38,924 nt of DNA from a bacterium. Lineage in GTDB: Bacteria > SZUA-182 > DTGQ01. Made by a program: the position numbers and the translations under genes. The stretch lies in NCBI GenBank assembly GCA_040752695.1, contig JBFMGO010000045.1, positions 1-38,924 of the forward strand, written 5' to 3'. The notes beneath the pieces were generated by a model. It was not told the origin of the DNA and did no database searches. It was given only the letters and a program-made list of their open reading frames with translations. Positions 10,164-20,558 of this stretch are shown one piece after another; position 1 is the first letter of the stretch; every line of letters begins with the position of its first letter.

Positions 10164-10274
10164 GCATGTTAAAACACCCCTTGAGTGAAGGGAATATAAG
10201 GGATGAAGTGATGAGGTCAACTATTTGTTTTTACACTACACATATAGCTATGCGCTCTCTCTCCAGCAGGGCAA

Positions 10275-10880
10275 CTACAGCAAAAGGGCGCTTGGTGTCA
10301 GTAAGGAACTGAGAGCAGGTGCAACCGGTGAACTTATCGATGAAGTATAAAAACTGGGATAAACCGTTACGTACTCCCAATTGGCAGCCGGAACATTTCC
10401 CAAAAGCCACCAGGCTGGTGTTGCCGGAAGACTCTCGTAACCGGACGGCAGGGTGATGCTGATCGGGAGTCCGGTAATGGTGCTCTGTAAAATATCCGGC
10501 GGCCACTTATTGATTCCCAGGAAAGGATCGTAATAAGCCAGGCCAATCGGAGTGTTATACAAAAGCCAGGGATGCCCTAAAGAGGGATGCCAGGTCAGAC
10601 CGGGTTGCACGGGAAGAACCGTGGTACGATAAAGATTCGTGACTATGGGTGTAGGTATACCGGTAACCGGATCGACGGGAGAAAGCGGTGCAGACCACAG
10701 GGGCCACAGGGTATTGTAAGGCGGTAAAGCGGTCCAGTTCGGGCTCGTGGTCGTTGTCGTCGGTGTAGTAAAAGTTGTTGTCGGAGCAACCTGGGCAGCA
10801 GCCATTGAACAGAAGACGAATCCGGCAAACAGAATAAGGAATACTAAAAGAATATTCTTCAACCATTTTTTCTTGTACAT
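10275..10880 (-). CDS. Secreted Pro/Leu/Trp-rich protein, family A (LPPYNTLWPLWS), divergent paralog A0
   Basis: SD AGAAGGAG, signal peptide ending MAAA-Q, Thr-rich linker, then WTALPPYNTLWPLWSAPLSP...VLPVQPGLTW...PWLLYNTP.GLAYYDP, shared with the 33918, 36331 and 38213 genes. Confidence 0.88.
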   Translation of the reverse strand: MYKKKWLKNILLVFLILFAGFVFCSMAAAQVAPTTTFTTPTTTTTSPNWTALPPYNTLWPLWSAPLSPVDPVTGIPTPIVTNLYRTTVLPVQPGLTWHPSLGHPWLLYNTPIGLAYYDPFLGINKWPPDILQSTITGLPISITLPSGYESLPATPAWWLLGNVPAANWEYVTVYPSFYTSSISSPVAPALSSLLTPSALLL

Positions 10881-11193
10881 CTTAATTTCTCCTTCTTTAC
10901 ACTAGATTATTGTGCTCGTTTTCCATGATTAAGTCGAGAAACTTCTACACTCCTGAGACTTCCATACTCCTCTTGCGGCCGCTTAAGGGATATAGATCTC
11001 TTCACACAAACGGTACATACATTCACACTCTCTTTAAAGCTTTTAACATTGAGGTTAAAGCTTTTGAAAGGCATTTATGGAGATTAATACTGCCTGACTC
11101 GAGAAAGGAAAAAACAACTTGATACATAAGCCATCCATCCTCAAATACTGGTTTTGACTATGAAAAAAAAGTCGCAACCTGTCAGTAAGAATA

Positions 11194-11209
11194 TGCAATC
11201 ATCATGCCA
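11194..11209 (-). promoter_or_regulatory. sigma54 promoter upstream of A0
   Basis: Minus strand TGGCATGATGATTGCA (GG-N10-GC). Confidence 0.75.
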
Positions 11210-11351
11210 AATGAGAAAAATAGCAATTCAATACTCGCAATTTTTTATTATATTTCAATATGTTCACTTAATTTTTTTAAATTCTTCCCTCATATTCCAG
11301 GTAATTTGACAGGAGCAAAAAGAGGTCCATAACAGGATGAGTCTCCTATTT

Positions 11352-11412
11352 TCTCAATTTGAGATTATCAAAAGTGTTAAAATGTTTCTTATTGAGACAA
11401 AAATGAGGGACA
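11352..11412. promoter_or_regulatory. Putative enhancer-binding-protein site(s)
   Basis: Palindrome TCTCAATTTGAGA (11352-11364) and a related TTGAGACAAAAATGAG about 140-200 bp upstream of the sigma54 motif. Confidence 0.45.
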
Positions 11413-11773
11413 ATCGTTGCGGGTATTTTTATAGAAGCCTGACAGATATATTTATAGAAGACTGATGGTACTTGCTGTGCCTCCCCTTTGCCCTGTTCCT
11501 GGACACTGAACGTTCCGGATGTTGCTTGTCCAATGCCACTGCCGCCTCTGCCGGGATATGATTATCACGGACGCTTCTTAATGGAAGACGACGCTTCTTA
11601 CTGGAAAACGTTTTTTTGCTAACCGTACCGGATTCTCCACGGCGGGCGAATGGATGAAAACAGGGCAGACGGGAGTTCCTCTGTCTCACTTGTCTCAGGA
11701 TTGAGATACAGTAAAAGCCCTGCTGGCCAAAGGCTCCATAATATCCTGAAGGCTCAAATCCCGCCCCTCCAGG

Positions 11774-12874
11774 TCACTTGAGAGACCGGCGGACCCATGT
11801 TCTGGCTTTTCGAAAATAACAGATAACATATGGAAGAACTTTTCGATTGTAGAGCTGGAGAGTGATTGCCGTCCTGTTCGTAGAGCCCCAACGGTACTTA
11901 TAGTGTTCCTCCCCCCGGAGGAAATCGTACTCCAGGAAACCCTTTTCAATAGCATCCCGGATAGTCCAGGCGAAAAGCAGCGTTCCAGGCCGGAGGAATG
12001 CATATTCCGGCAAAAATCCCGCCTGATAATACCAGATCTTCTTCGCGTACCGGAAATTGAGAATGATGGCCAGGATTTCCTGCTCTCTATGGATGAGTGA
12101 GCAGGAAAGCCAGTCCCTCGCCTGAAACTGATCGAGGACATCAGACAAAAACCGGCGGAAGGAAGTAACCTTTAGGGTTGAATCGATTCCTTTTTGCTCC
12201 ATGCGCAGCCCGTTCAGCTTGCTTAAGGCATTGACCAGCTTGGGAATAGGGAACGTATTCTGGGCATCCGGAAGGTATTTTATTCCGGTCTGGCCTTCGA
12301 ATTTCCTGAGAGAGGAACGAACCTGCTGTCGAAAGTTCCGGCTGAGCCGGCTCAAGAATTGACTCCAGTCTGACGGAAGCTTGACATATGGACACATGAA
12401 GGTTCTCTCCAGTTCAGCCAGATAGGATTGACTGACCGTACGGTAGAGATGATGAACCTTTGAATCCTCCAGTGAAAGGGGATTGAGTACAACCCGGTCC
12501 CAGGGAGGACTGTACTTTTTCAGAAATTCCAGCAGCCGGTGATAGACCTCCAGTTCATACCCCGGAGCGACGATCAGGGAGAGAAATTCCGAGCAGGCTG
12601 GTCCGTCGCTTCCGATAAACCGCAGGGTCTGGACCTTTATCCCCCCCCTGATTTCCTCCTCTTGCATGAACGGGGCAATGCCAACCAGTTCCCTGCCCGC
12701 CCAAAATAAAATCACAAACAGGTTTCTTTTCTGCTGGTAGTGGCACCACCAGGTAAACAGCCACTCCCAGGTTAAAAAAATACTGCCGGAACCGCTTTTC
12801 CCCAGCAGTTTGTTCCACAGGGGCCGCAGTTCGTCGAATTTTTGTTCACTCTGGACAAGTTCAGTGTAAATCAT
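11774..12874 (-). CDS. GNAT-family acetyltransferase (CelD/BcsL-like)
   Basis: IFLTWEWLFTWW, LVGIAPF, LSRNFRQQVR, YYQAGF, RPGTLL, YDFLRGEEHYKYRW. Confidence 0.9.
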   Translation of the reverse strand: MIYTELVQSEQKFDELRPLWNKLLGKSGSGSIFLTWEWLFTWWCHYQQKRNLFVILFWAGRELVGIAPFMQEEEIRGGIKVQTLRFIGSDGPACSEFLSLIVAPGYELEVYHRLLEFLKKYSPPWDRVVLNPLSLEDSKVHHLYRTVSQSYLAELERTFMCPYVKLPSDWSQFLSRLSRNFRQQVRSSLRKFEGQTGIKYLPDAQNTFPIPKLVNALSKLNGLRMEQKGIDSTLKVTSFRRFLSDVLDQFQARDWLSCSLIHREQEILAIILNFRYAKKIWYYQAGFLPEYAFLRPGTLLFAWTIRDAIEKGFLEYDFLRGEEHYKYRWGSTNRTAITLQLYNRKVLPYVICYFRKARTWVRRSLK

Positions 12875-13113
12875 TCATAATCCTTAATATTCATTCCTGG
12901 CTTACTATTTTTTGCCTTTTTTGCATGGTTAAACCAAGAGCTATCCTCTTTTGGGTATGGAAAAAAAGCAATCATCAGGGCTCGACCCAATAATAATCAA
13001 ACGGTTTTACTATCGAACTTTCGTACCTAACTATCGACTGATTCTCATTTTTCTTCTACCTGGTTGTGATAATTGATGATTTTACTGGTTAACAATATTA
13101 TAATAGAGCAACT

Positions 13114-14994
13114 ATGAAGCAATTTTTTACTAATTTTTCGAAACGGTTGCTGGTGAGCGTTCTGGCATGTCTGACCATAATGCCGGCGTGGTTACTGCCG
13201 TGGGCAATTCCGATAACTGCGGTTCTTGCTCAGGAGAATAACGAAATCAGGTGGATTCAGGTACGTAAAATCCGGCTGGAAGGCAGGGAGAAAGTCTCCA
13301 AAGGTAAAATTCGACAAAAGATGGCTGACCTGTGGCCACCTCCTTTTTGGAAATTCTGGCAGGAGGGCGCGATATATACACCCGATAAATTGGAAACCTG
13401 TCTGTACCTGGTCGAGCAGCTTTATCGCCAGGAGGGGTATTATAAGACCCGGATCAGGCCGGAGGTAGTCGAGAGTGATAATACCGTAACGATAACCCTG
13501 CATATCGATGAAGGGCCGGCGGTGACGATCGAAGATATTACCTTTGCCATCCGGGATGCCGGGGCGGATGATTGGGCACAACGATTCAGTCGGATCATTC
13601 CTCTCAGGAAATGGGAAATCTTCCGGGCAAAGGACTATGAACAGGCCAAGACCGCTATCCTGGAGCATCTGGCCAATTCAGGTTATCCACGGGCCAAGTT
13701 GTTCGGGAAGGTTTTCATCTACCAGAAAGAAAACAAGGCTGTCATTCATTTACCCGTGGAACTGGGTCCCTTTACCCGGTTTGGCAAGATCAGTGTTTCA
13801 GGGAACAAAAATATCCTTTTGTCCAATATCATGCATGAAGTAACCTTTGTCGAAGGAGAGACCTTTTCGATGGAAAAGGTTTTCAAAAGCCAGTCGAGGA
13901 TCTACGGGCTGGGTTTCTTTCGCTCCGTGCTGGTGAGCCCTGTGGATCTCCAGGAGGAAGAAGGGCCGGTAAGTGTTCAGATACTGGTCCAGGAGCGAAA
14001 GCGCCGGACCGTGGAGGCAGGGCTGGGATACGGAACGGAAGATGAGTTGCGTATTCGGCTATCGGGAACGTACCGGAATATTTTCGGCGGTCTTCGTGAG
14101 TTGCAGCTTTCTTTCAGCTTTTCCTCCCTGGCCGAAGAGGAAGCCCTGACATTCAGGCAGCCCTACTTTCCGGATTCCTCTTCCAGTTCGCGCTGGACCT
14201 TGTTTCGAAGAAAAGACAAGTTTATTTCCTTTGATGTCATCAATACTTCGAACGAGTTACGGATTGACCGTAAGATTTCTCCGCTGCTTTCATCCTTTCT
14301 GGCCTATCGAATCGATTCCTCAAAAATCAGCGGCCTCTCGGAGACAACCGAGGAAGACCAGGAAAAAGTGTACTTTCTCTCCTATTTCCAGACCGGTCTG
14401 AAATGGGACAGCACGGATTCTCTTCTGGACCCCACCATCGGAGAGTCGGCCACCTTGTTTGTGGAGCCTTCCAGCCAGGCCATTGGCTCTGAGGTATCGT
14501 ATGTCAGGGGAACCGCTGAGTATCGGCGTTATTTTCATTTGGTCGCAGGACCGGTACTGGCGGGGCGGATATTTATGGGAACGATTCAGCCCTTCGGCCT
14601 GAATCAGAGGGGAGTGCCGATCATGAAGCGGTTTTTTTCAGGAGGAACCTTGAGCGTCAGAGGATATGATTACCAGGAGCTTGGTCCCCGTTCCGAGGAC
14701 AACGATCCGATCGGCGGGAATTCGCTGATCGAAGGAAGCACGGAGCTTCGGATTCCCCTTTCACCATTAACCGTAAGCGATAAATTCTGGGGTGTGCTTT
14801 TTTTGGATTTCGGTAATGTATTTTTGAATTCCATGGAGTTTGACTTCCATAACCTGTACTATTCCATAGGCGCGGGGCTTCGATATAAGACCATTATCGG
14901 CCCCTTGCGGCTGGATCTGGGGTATCCGCTGAATCCGATCAAGGAGATTAGCGCACCCTACCGCATTCACCTCAGTATCGGTCAGGCGTTTTAG
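13114..14994 (+). CDS. tamA: Omp85-family outer membrane protein TamA
   Basis: Signal peptide, POTRA-like repeats, barrel motifs RFFSGGTLSVRGY and GPLRLDLGYP, terminal GQAF. Abuts tamB. Confidence 0.9.
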   Translation: MKQFFTNFSKRLLVSVLACLTIMPAWLLPWAIPITAVLAQENNEIRWIQVRKIRLEGREKVSKGKIRQKMADLWPPPFWKFWQEGAIYTPDKLETCLYLVEQLYRQEGYYKTRIRPEVVESDNTVTITLHIDEGPAVTIEDITFAIRDAGADDWAQRFSRIIPLRKWEIFRAKDYEQAKTAILEHLANSGYPRAKLFGKVFIYQKENKAVIHLPVELGPFTRFGKISVSGNKNILLSNIMHEVTFVEGETFSMEKVFKSQSRIYGLGFFRSVLVSPVDLQEEEGPVSVQILVQERKRRTVEAGLGYGTEDELRIRLSGTYRNIFGGLRELQLSFSFSSLAEEEALTFRQPYFPDSSSSSRWTLFRRKDKFISFDVINTSNELRIDRKISPLLSSFLAYRIDSSKISGLSETTEEDQEKVYFLSYFQTGLKWDSTDSLLDPTIGESATLFVEPSSQAIGSEVSYVRGTAEYRRYFHLVAGPVLAGRIFMGTIQPFGLNQRGVPIMKRFFSGGTLSVRGYDYQELGPRSEDNDPIGGNSLIEGSTELRIPLSPLTVSDKFWGVLFLDFGNVFLNSMEFDFHNLYYSIGAGLRYKTIIGPLRLDLGYPLNPIKEISAPYRIHLSIGQAF

Positions 14995-17900
14995 ATGCGC
15001 GGGCAGCGGTTCATCCGGAATTTCGCAGCCGTTTTGGGATACCTGGCCGTAAGCCTGGGGATACTTGTGCTGATTCTGGCCCTTTCGACCCGGACGGCCT
15101 CGTTTCGGCAGTGGCTGGCCACAGTGCTGGTGCAAAAGACCAGACAGCGATTCGGGCTCAGTCTGTTCCTGGAAAAAATCGAAGGGAACCTGGTCACCGG
15201 CCTGACTCTCAGGAACGTGAAGGTGCAGGGCAGCGAAGGAGAGTCTTTGTATCTTGACGCCCTCAAGGTGCGCTTTTCTCCGGCAGCCCTTCTTTTCGGC
15301 CGCATGACCTTCCCCCGCATAGTTGTTTCCGGGCTGCATATGACGGTGGTTCGAACAAAGGAGGGTACGTTAAAGGTCATCCCTCTGCCAGAGGCCGGCC
15401 CTTTTGCAGCCGCGTCTTCAAAAAAAAGGAGCCTGCCACCCGTGAGTATCCAGAATCTTCTGATTCAGGACGCGGAGGTAACGTTTCGGGATTACTTCCA
15501 AAAAAATTCGGCCAACACCCAAAAAGAGCCGCTGCAGATCCGGAACATTCAGGCGGATCTTTCTCTCTGGGCGGATTTACAGAAAGGGGCAGAAAGCTGG
15601 GAGGCACGGATTCATACCATTTCGCTGTCCTTGAACCAGAATCAGTTGAGGATTAAAAAGGTTCAAGGCGGCATTTCCTATTACCAGCGATCCTTGCAGT
15701 TTACGGGCCTTGAGGCTGCCACCGACCAGTCCGAGCTATGGCTGCAAGGCAGGGTAGACCTTGGAAATGGGCCTTTTTTCGATCTCAAGGCACGATTTCC
15801 CGCTCTATCTCTTTCGGAATTGCAAAAAAGTGTCCCGGCAGGGGATAGGGCACGGCCCGCCCTGCAGCCTCTTTTCAGACTCAAGGGGCTCAAAGGTGAG
15901 GCCGGAGTGAAGGGGACCTTGAAAGATCTTGACTATACGCTCCTGCTCTTTTTCGAAGAGGGAAAGAAAAAGGGGCACCTTTTGACTGCGGGCAATCTCG
16001 ATCTGTCCGATCCGGGTTTTCCCCGCTATCGTCTGCGTATCAAATGCAAGGGCTTTCCGGTGTCCTGGTGGATGCCAAAGGAAAAGCAGGGTCTGCCTCA
16101 AAACCTGGATCTGGCAGTCAGAATGAAGGGCGAGGGGATTCGACCGGATGAAATTTCAGCCGAACTCGAGGCCGATGTCTCTCCTTTTGACCTGTTCGGC
16201 AAGACCATTTCAGCGGTAAATGTATCGGGTCAATTGGGCAGCCGCACCTTTCGGCTGGAAAAACTGCATGTCTTCAGTCCTGCCGGCAGGGCCAGTATGC
16301 AAGGCCAGTTTGACCTTCAGCCCCCTTTCTTTTACCGTTCAAACCTTTCTTTCCAGCAACTGGACCTTCGGGGGATACATGATCTGCCTTCCACCCGCCT
16401 GACAGGAGAGGCTCAATTCCAGGGGAATATCGGGCAATTATCCCACGCTGTCGGCGGTCATGGAGGCATGAGCGACCAGGGGAGTGATTTTCATGCTGCC
16501 GGTGTCATACGGCTTCTTCCATCACGCTTTGGGGAGAGGTTCTTGGACAGTCTCCTTTTGGAGGGAGATTTCGAGGCAGGGACAGTGCGGCTGAGTCAGG
16601 GAAGAATTTCCATGGAGGGACTGGATCTTTCCCTGAGCGGCATAGTTTCTCGCCAGCGGCTGAACCTGACCTGGAATTTACAGGAATTTGACCTTTCACA
16701 AGCCAGAGCGTTGACAGGGGGGGGCGACAAGGTGGCATCATTTCCCGAAGGGACCCTCAGTGGACAGGGAAAAGTCCTCGGCAGCCCGGAAAGTCCCCGT
16801 TTTGAAGGAAAGCTGAAAGGCCGCGACCTCATCTACCGGGGATACCGCGCTTCTGAAATGGAGGTGACGGGTGAATCGGAAGGATTGTCATTCGAGACAC
16901 TTGGTTTCGATGCCAAAGCCCAGGTTTCTTCCCTCTTTCATGGTCAGCAAAAGCTGCTGAATTCCGTGGAAATCAAGGCTGATAAGAAAGGCAAAAGGAT
17001 CAGGTGGCAGGTTCAGGGCATGCAAGAGGGGGACCTCAAGTATCACGCCAAAGGGTCAGTGGAAATCCCCCAAATCTGGCAGGTGTCGGCCAGGATAGAT
17101 GAGATCAGCTTCCCGCTGGGAGGAGTAATCTGGCACAACAGGGGTCCGATTCAGATAGAATCGGACCTTGAAGGCGTGAGAATCCTCTCCCTGAGGATGG
17201 GAGCGGGGCAGGGGGGACAGGGGTATCTTCTTGCACAGGGGGAATTAAGACGTAGCGGCCAGTTGGATGTGCAGATTAAGGTGTCAGGTTTTCCCCTTGA
17301 GGAGATAGGCAAATGGATGGGTCAAAGAGCAACTCTGTCCGGTACCCTGGACGGCGAGGTGAGTATTAAGGGGACCCGAAATTCCCCGAAATTTGAGGGG
17401 AAACTGGAAACAGTACACGGCAGGTGGGCCTCTTTCTCCTTTGACCGCCTGGTTCTGGGAGTTGCCTACAGCCAAAAAACCCTGACCATCACCACCAGGC
17501 TGGTGAAGGCGGAAAAAGAGATCCTGACTCTGAGCGGCAATCTGGCCGCAGACCTTTCCTTTGTGCCGGTTCCGGATCGCTGGTCCTTGTCGGGATCGCG
17601 AATTAAGGCCAGCATTCGTGACCTGGACCTTTCCTTTCTCCCCTCGGTCCTGCCGTTTATACCTGAGGTGAAAGGATCGCTCCAGGGCACAGGACAAATG
17701 ACCGGAAGTCTTATGGATCCCCAATTTGAGATCAGTGCGGGATTCATCGATACCTCTTTCCGGATCAGGCCGCTTGTACAGGTTTTTAAGGTCAAAAAGG
17801 CCCTGATCAAAGGAAACAGCCGCCGCATTGTCTTTGAAGAGGTGGGCCTTCTTGGAAGGTCAGGTATGGGAATATTTTCAGGTGCCGTGGAATTAGCCGG

Positions 17901-18891
17901 GTTTACGGTTAAGAGTCTGGATGCCAGGGCTAGAATGGATCAATGGAAAATAGCCTACACGAAGGACACCTATTTTGTTTTCAGTGGTGAACTAACGGCC
18001 CAGGGGGAATTGCCCAGGATTTCCCTGGCTGGGCAGGTCGAGGTCCCTGAGGGTAAAGTTAAAATGAGTGATCTGGCCTTCGGCACCGAGGGCTCTCAGG
18101 AAATCCAGGTAGTGCAGGAAAGAGGGGACGAACTGAGACTGGCGGAAAAAAAGGCGGAGTTTTTTAAACCTCATGTTTTTATGAAGCTAAAATTAGGTAT
18201 ACTCCGAAATTTTTGGGTCAGCTCTGAGCAGGCCAATCTTGAACTCAAAGGAGATATGAGCATCCAGAAAGCCTTTGGCCAGAACCCGGCCATGAGCGGA
18301 ACCATCGAGAGTGTCCGGGGAACCTATACCTTTTATGGCAAAGAGTTCACTATCCAGAAGGCGGTTATTCAGTTTCAGGGATTGCCCGAAGTGAATCCCC
18401 TGCTTGATATGATGACCGTCTACCGGGTGGGAAAAACGAATATCTTTATCCTGATCACTGGTACCCGAAAAGCGCCGATAGTCAGATTGGAGAGTGATGA
18501 TAAAACATTGTCACAGGATCAAATCATTTCTCTTTTAGTTTTCGGTCAGCCCATTGAGAACCTGAACCAAAGGGAATCAGCCAGTTTGCAGGGCGAAGCC
18601 TTTGCCCTCCTGGGAAGAGTGGTAGCCACTCAGGTATTGGGGATATTCGGCGAAAAATTGCCGGTAGATACCGTAGAGATCAGGGCGTCAAAGGAGGGGA
18701 CCGGTACCCTGGAGGTGGGCAAATATCTGACCAGAAATATTTTTGTCTCTTACGGTAAGGAGTTTGGCCAGGAGAAAGGATCAGAAAAGATCGTGGTGGA
18801 ATACTACCTGTACAGCAACCTCACCCTGGAGGCAGAAATCCGCAACGATCAGCGATCTGGTGTGGATCTTATCTGGAAGAAAGATTTTTAA
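14995..18891 (+). CDS. tamB: Translocation and assembly module TamB
   Basis: N-terminal TM anchor, long beta-rich body, DUF490-like C-terminus (GTYTFYGKEF, LEVGKYLT, DLIWKKDF). ATG immediately follows the tamA stop. Confidence 0.9.
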   Translation: MRGQRFIRNFAAVLGYLAVSLGILVLILALSTRTASFRQWLATVLVQKTRQRFGLSLFLEKIEGNLVTGLTLRNVKVQGSEGESLYLDALKVRFSPAALLFGRMTFPRIVVSGLHMTVVRTKEGTLKVIPLPEAGPFAAASSKKRSLPPVSIQNLLIQDAEVTFRDYFQKNSANTQKEPLQIRNIQADLSLWADLQKGAESWEARIHTISLSLNQNQLRIKKVQGGISYYQRSLQFTGLEAATDQSELWLQGRVDLGNGPFFDLKARFPALSLSELQKSVPAGDRARPALQPLFRLKGLKGEAGVKGTLKDLDYTLLLFFEEGKKKGHLLTAGNLDLSDPGFPRYRLRIKCKGFPVSWWMPKEKQGLPQNLDLAVRMKGEGIRPDEISAELEADVSPFDLFGKTISAVNVSGQLGSRTFRLEKLHVFSPAGRASMQGQFDLQPPFFYRSNLSFQQLDLRGIHDLPSTRLTGEAQFQGNIGQLSHAVGGHGGMSDQGSDFHAAGVIRLLPSRFGERFLDSLLLEGDFEAGTVRLSQGRISMEGLDLSLSGIVSRQRLNLTWNLQEFDLSQARALTGGGDKVASFPEGTLSGQGKVLGSPESPRFEGKLKGRDLIYRGYRASEMEVTGESEGLSFETLGFDAKAQVSSLFHGQQKLLNSVEIKADKKGKRIRWQVQGMQEGDLKYHAKGSVEIPQIWQVSARIDEISFPLGGVIWHNRGPIQIESDLEGVRILSLRMGAGQGGQGYLLAQGELRRSGQLDVQIKVSGFPLEEIGKWMGQRATLSGTLDGEVSIKGTRNSPKFEGKLETVHGRWASFSFDRLVLGVAYSQKTLTITTRLVKAEKEILTLSGNLAADLSFVPVPDRWSLSGSRIKASIRDLDLSFLPSVLPFIPEVKGSLQGTGQMTGSLMDPQFEISAGFIDTSFRIRPLVQVFKVKKALIKGNSRRIVFEEVGLLGRSGMGIFSGAVELAGFTVKSLDARARMDQWKIAYTKDTYFVFSGELTAQGELPRISLAGQVEVPEGKVKMSDLAFGTEGSQEIQVVQERGDELRLAEKKAEFFKPHVFMKLKLGILRNFWVSSEQANLELKGDMSIQKAFGQNPAMSGTIESVRGTYTFYGKEFTIQKAVIQFQGLPEVNPLLDMMTVYRVGKTNIFILITGTRKAPIVRLESDDKTLSQDQIISLLVFGQPIENLNQRESASLQGEAFALLGRVVATQVLGIFGEKLPVDTVEIRASKEGTGTLEVGKYLTRNIFVSYGKEFGQEKGSEKIVVEYYLYSNLTLEAEIRNDQRSGVDLIWKKDF

Positions 18892-19208
18892 AAAGAGCTC
18901 TTCTTCTCTATCCAAAAGAGAATCGATCCACCCACGGTGCGGCAGGAATAAAGCAGTGCTATCGGAGTAAAAATGTACGATGTCTGCTCTGCTCCCTGCC
19001 GATTCTGTTAGAGAGACAATGATGTAGATAATAAAATACATTACAAAATAAAAGTTTTATCTCATATATGCCGATTGAGAAGGCTCGGAGGATAAGACGG
19101 TAAATCAGAACGAGAACATCTGGAGAAAAGCAAGGGGACAGAAAGAGAAAGCGGAATTTTCTAAAGGTCAAATTCAACTATTCAACATTTTTCTAAGGAA
19201 TGTAACGT

Positions 19209-19634
19209 ATGCAAATAAAGAGAAAATTAACTGAACGGGAGCAAAAGCTTCTCCAAATATTGATTAACGAGAGAAACAAAGGTATTAAAGAGATTGCTCA
19301 TCTGGCGAGGACAGATGTCCATGATCTTAAAACGGTTATCGATTCGGCAGTTGATGAATTGGACCTCTCCTTCCTGAACCAAAACAAAGAAATAGATTGT
19401 ACGCTGATCAGTACGCACAATGAGAAATTAAAACATATCGAAAACGCCATCGACCGTTTGGCGGAAGGTAATTACGGAGCCTGCCAGAAGTGCGGCCAGC
19501 CCATTCCAGAAAAGCGACTGGAGGCACTTCCCTTTGCCTTATACTGCGTCCAGTGTCAGAAAAAAAAAGAGGACAAGAACAAAGAGGCAAACCAAAAGTC
19601 CTTCTCCGAAGGAAGGGACAATATGATCCCTTAA
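19209..19634 (+). CDS. TraR/DksA-family C4 zinc-finger protein
   Basis: Coiled-coil N-half, then GNYGACQKCGQPIPEKRLEALPFALYCVQCQ. Confidence 0.9.
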   Translation: MQIKRKLTEREQKLLQILINERNKGIKEIAHLARTDVHDLKTVIDSAVDELDLSFLNQNKEIDCTLISTHNEKLKHIENAIDRLAEGNYGACQKCGQPIPEKRLEALPFALYCVQCQKKKEDKNKEANQKSFSEGRDNMIP

Positions 19635-19765
19635 GGTTCAAGAGCGCTTTTGTCAGTCAAGACTGGTCGCCATCCACGCAAGGGAGCGAGCAAACCCTGT
19701 TTTTGTGCGTATTCCCATTCCAGCACAGGATTTCCAAACTGTGCTTTGTGCCTGGGTGCTCCTCT

Positions 19766-20269
19766 TTAAAGTTCTTTCACGATCATTTCTGCGAGTTCCT
19801 TGCGATGGGAGCTTTTATTGTGCGTGTCCGGATAACCGACTGCAATAACCGCCATAAGTTCCAATTCCTCTGGAAGATCCAGCAAGGATCGTACTTTTGA
19901 GCTGCTGTTCAGTATCTCGCCGAGCCAGACAGCACCCAATCCCAGCGCATGAGTTGCAAGCAGCATGTTTTGCAGGCATGCTCCTATCGCCTGGTAGTCT
20001 TTGACATCATGATACATTGCATTCCGGTCCACAAAGACCACAATACAGGCCGATGCCGCCTCGATAATCCGGCCGTATCTGGTACATTGTGCCAATTTGT
20101 TGCGCCAGCCTTGCTCCTGTACGATCGCAAAACGCCAGGGCTGATTATTAAGGCCGGACGGCGCCCATGCACCGGCCCTGATTATTTCGAGTAACAGCGA
20201 TTTATCTACGGGCTGGCCGATGTACTGGCGGATACTTCTGCGACTATAAATTCCTTCGAGTAAATCCAT
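19766..20269 (-). CDS. Nitroreductase family protein
   Basis: RRSIRQY, APSGLNNQPWRF, QNMLLATHALGLGAVW, IAVGYP. Confidence 0.93.
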   Translation of the reverse strand: MDLLEGIYSRRSIRQYIGQPVDKSLLLEIIRAGAWAPSGLNNQPWRFAIVQEQGWRNKLAQCTRYGRIIEAASACIVVFVDRNAMYHDVKDYQAIGACLQNMLLATHALGLGAVWLGEILNSSSKVRSLLDLPEELELMAVIAVGYPDTHNKSSHRKELAEMIVKEL

Positions 20270-20558
20270 CCTGTGAACACGCTCCCTTTCGTTGATTGTG
20301 GAGTGATACCATCCAAAATGACAGCATCCTTATTGATTGTAATCTTGAGTATATCCATTTTACCGTGAAATCGGGCAGCATTCAAGCTGCATTCGAGTGG
20401 GAAAAAATGAAACCCTAAAAGGCTGATTTTCCTTTCTGCCGATAGGAATATCTGATTATGAAAAGAGGAATCAGCGGCGATTGATCAACATCAGTAGCCA
20501 GATATCCAGTATCCGGTATCCGGCATCCTATAATTGAGAGCCAGGAGGAAAAAATTAT

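Noticed and set aside
11429..11689. 86-aa ORF downstream of the GNAT gene
   Set aside because: No SD or recognisable motif. The small local duplications (gacgcttctta twice; ttatagaag twice) look like neutral slippage.
13114..18891. TamAB as a dedicated exporter for the novel proteins
   Set aside because: tamAB is a widespread housekeeping pair, and proximity is the only link.
20270..20558. SAM riboswitch upstream of the SAM synthetase
   Set aside because: No SAM-I core is visible; there is only a short (g/a)tatcc(a/g) heptamer run at about 20503-20528.
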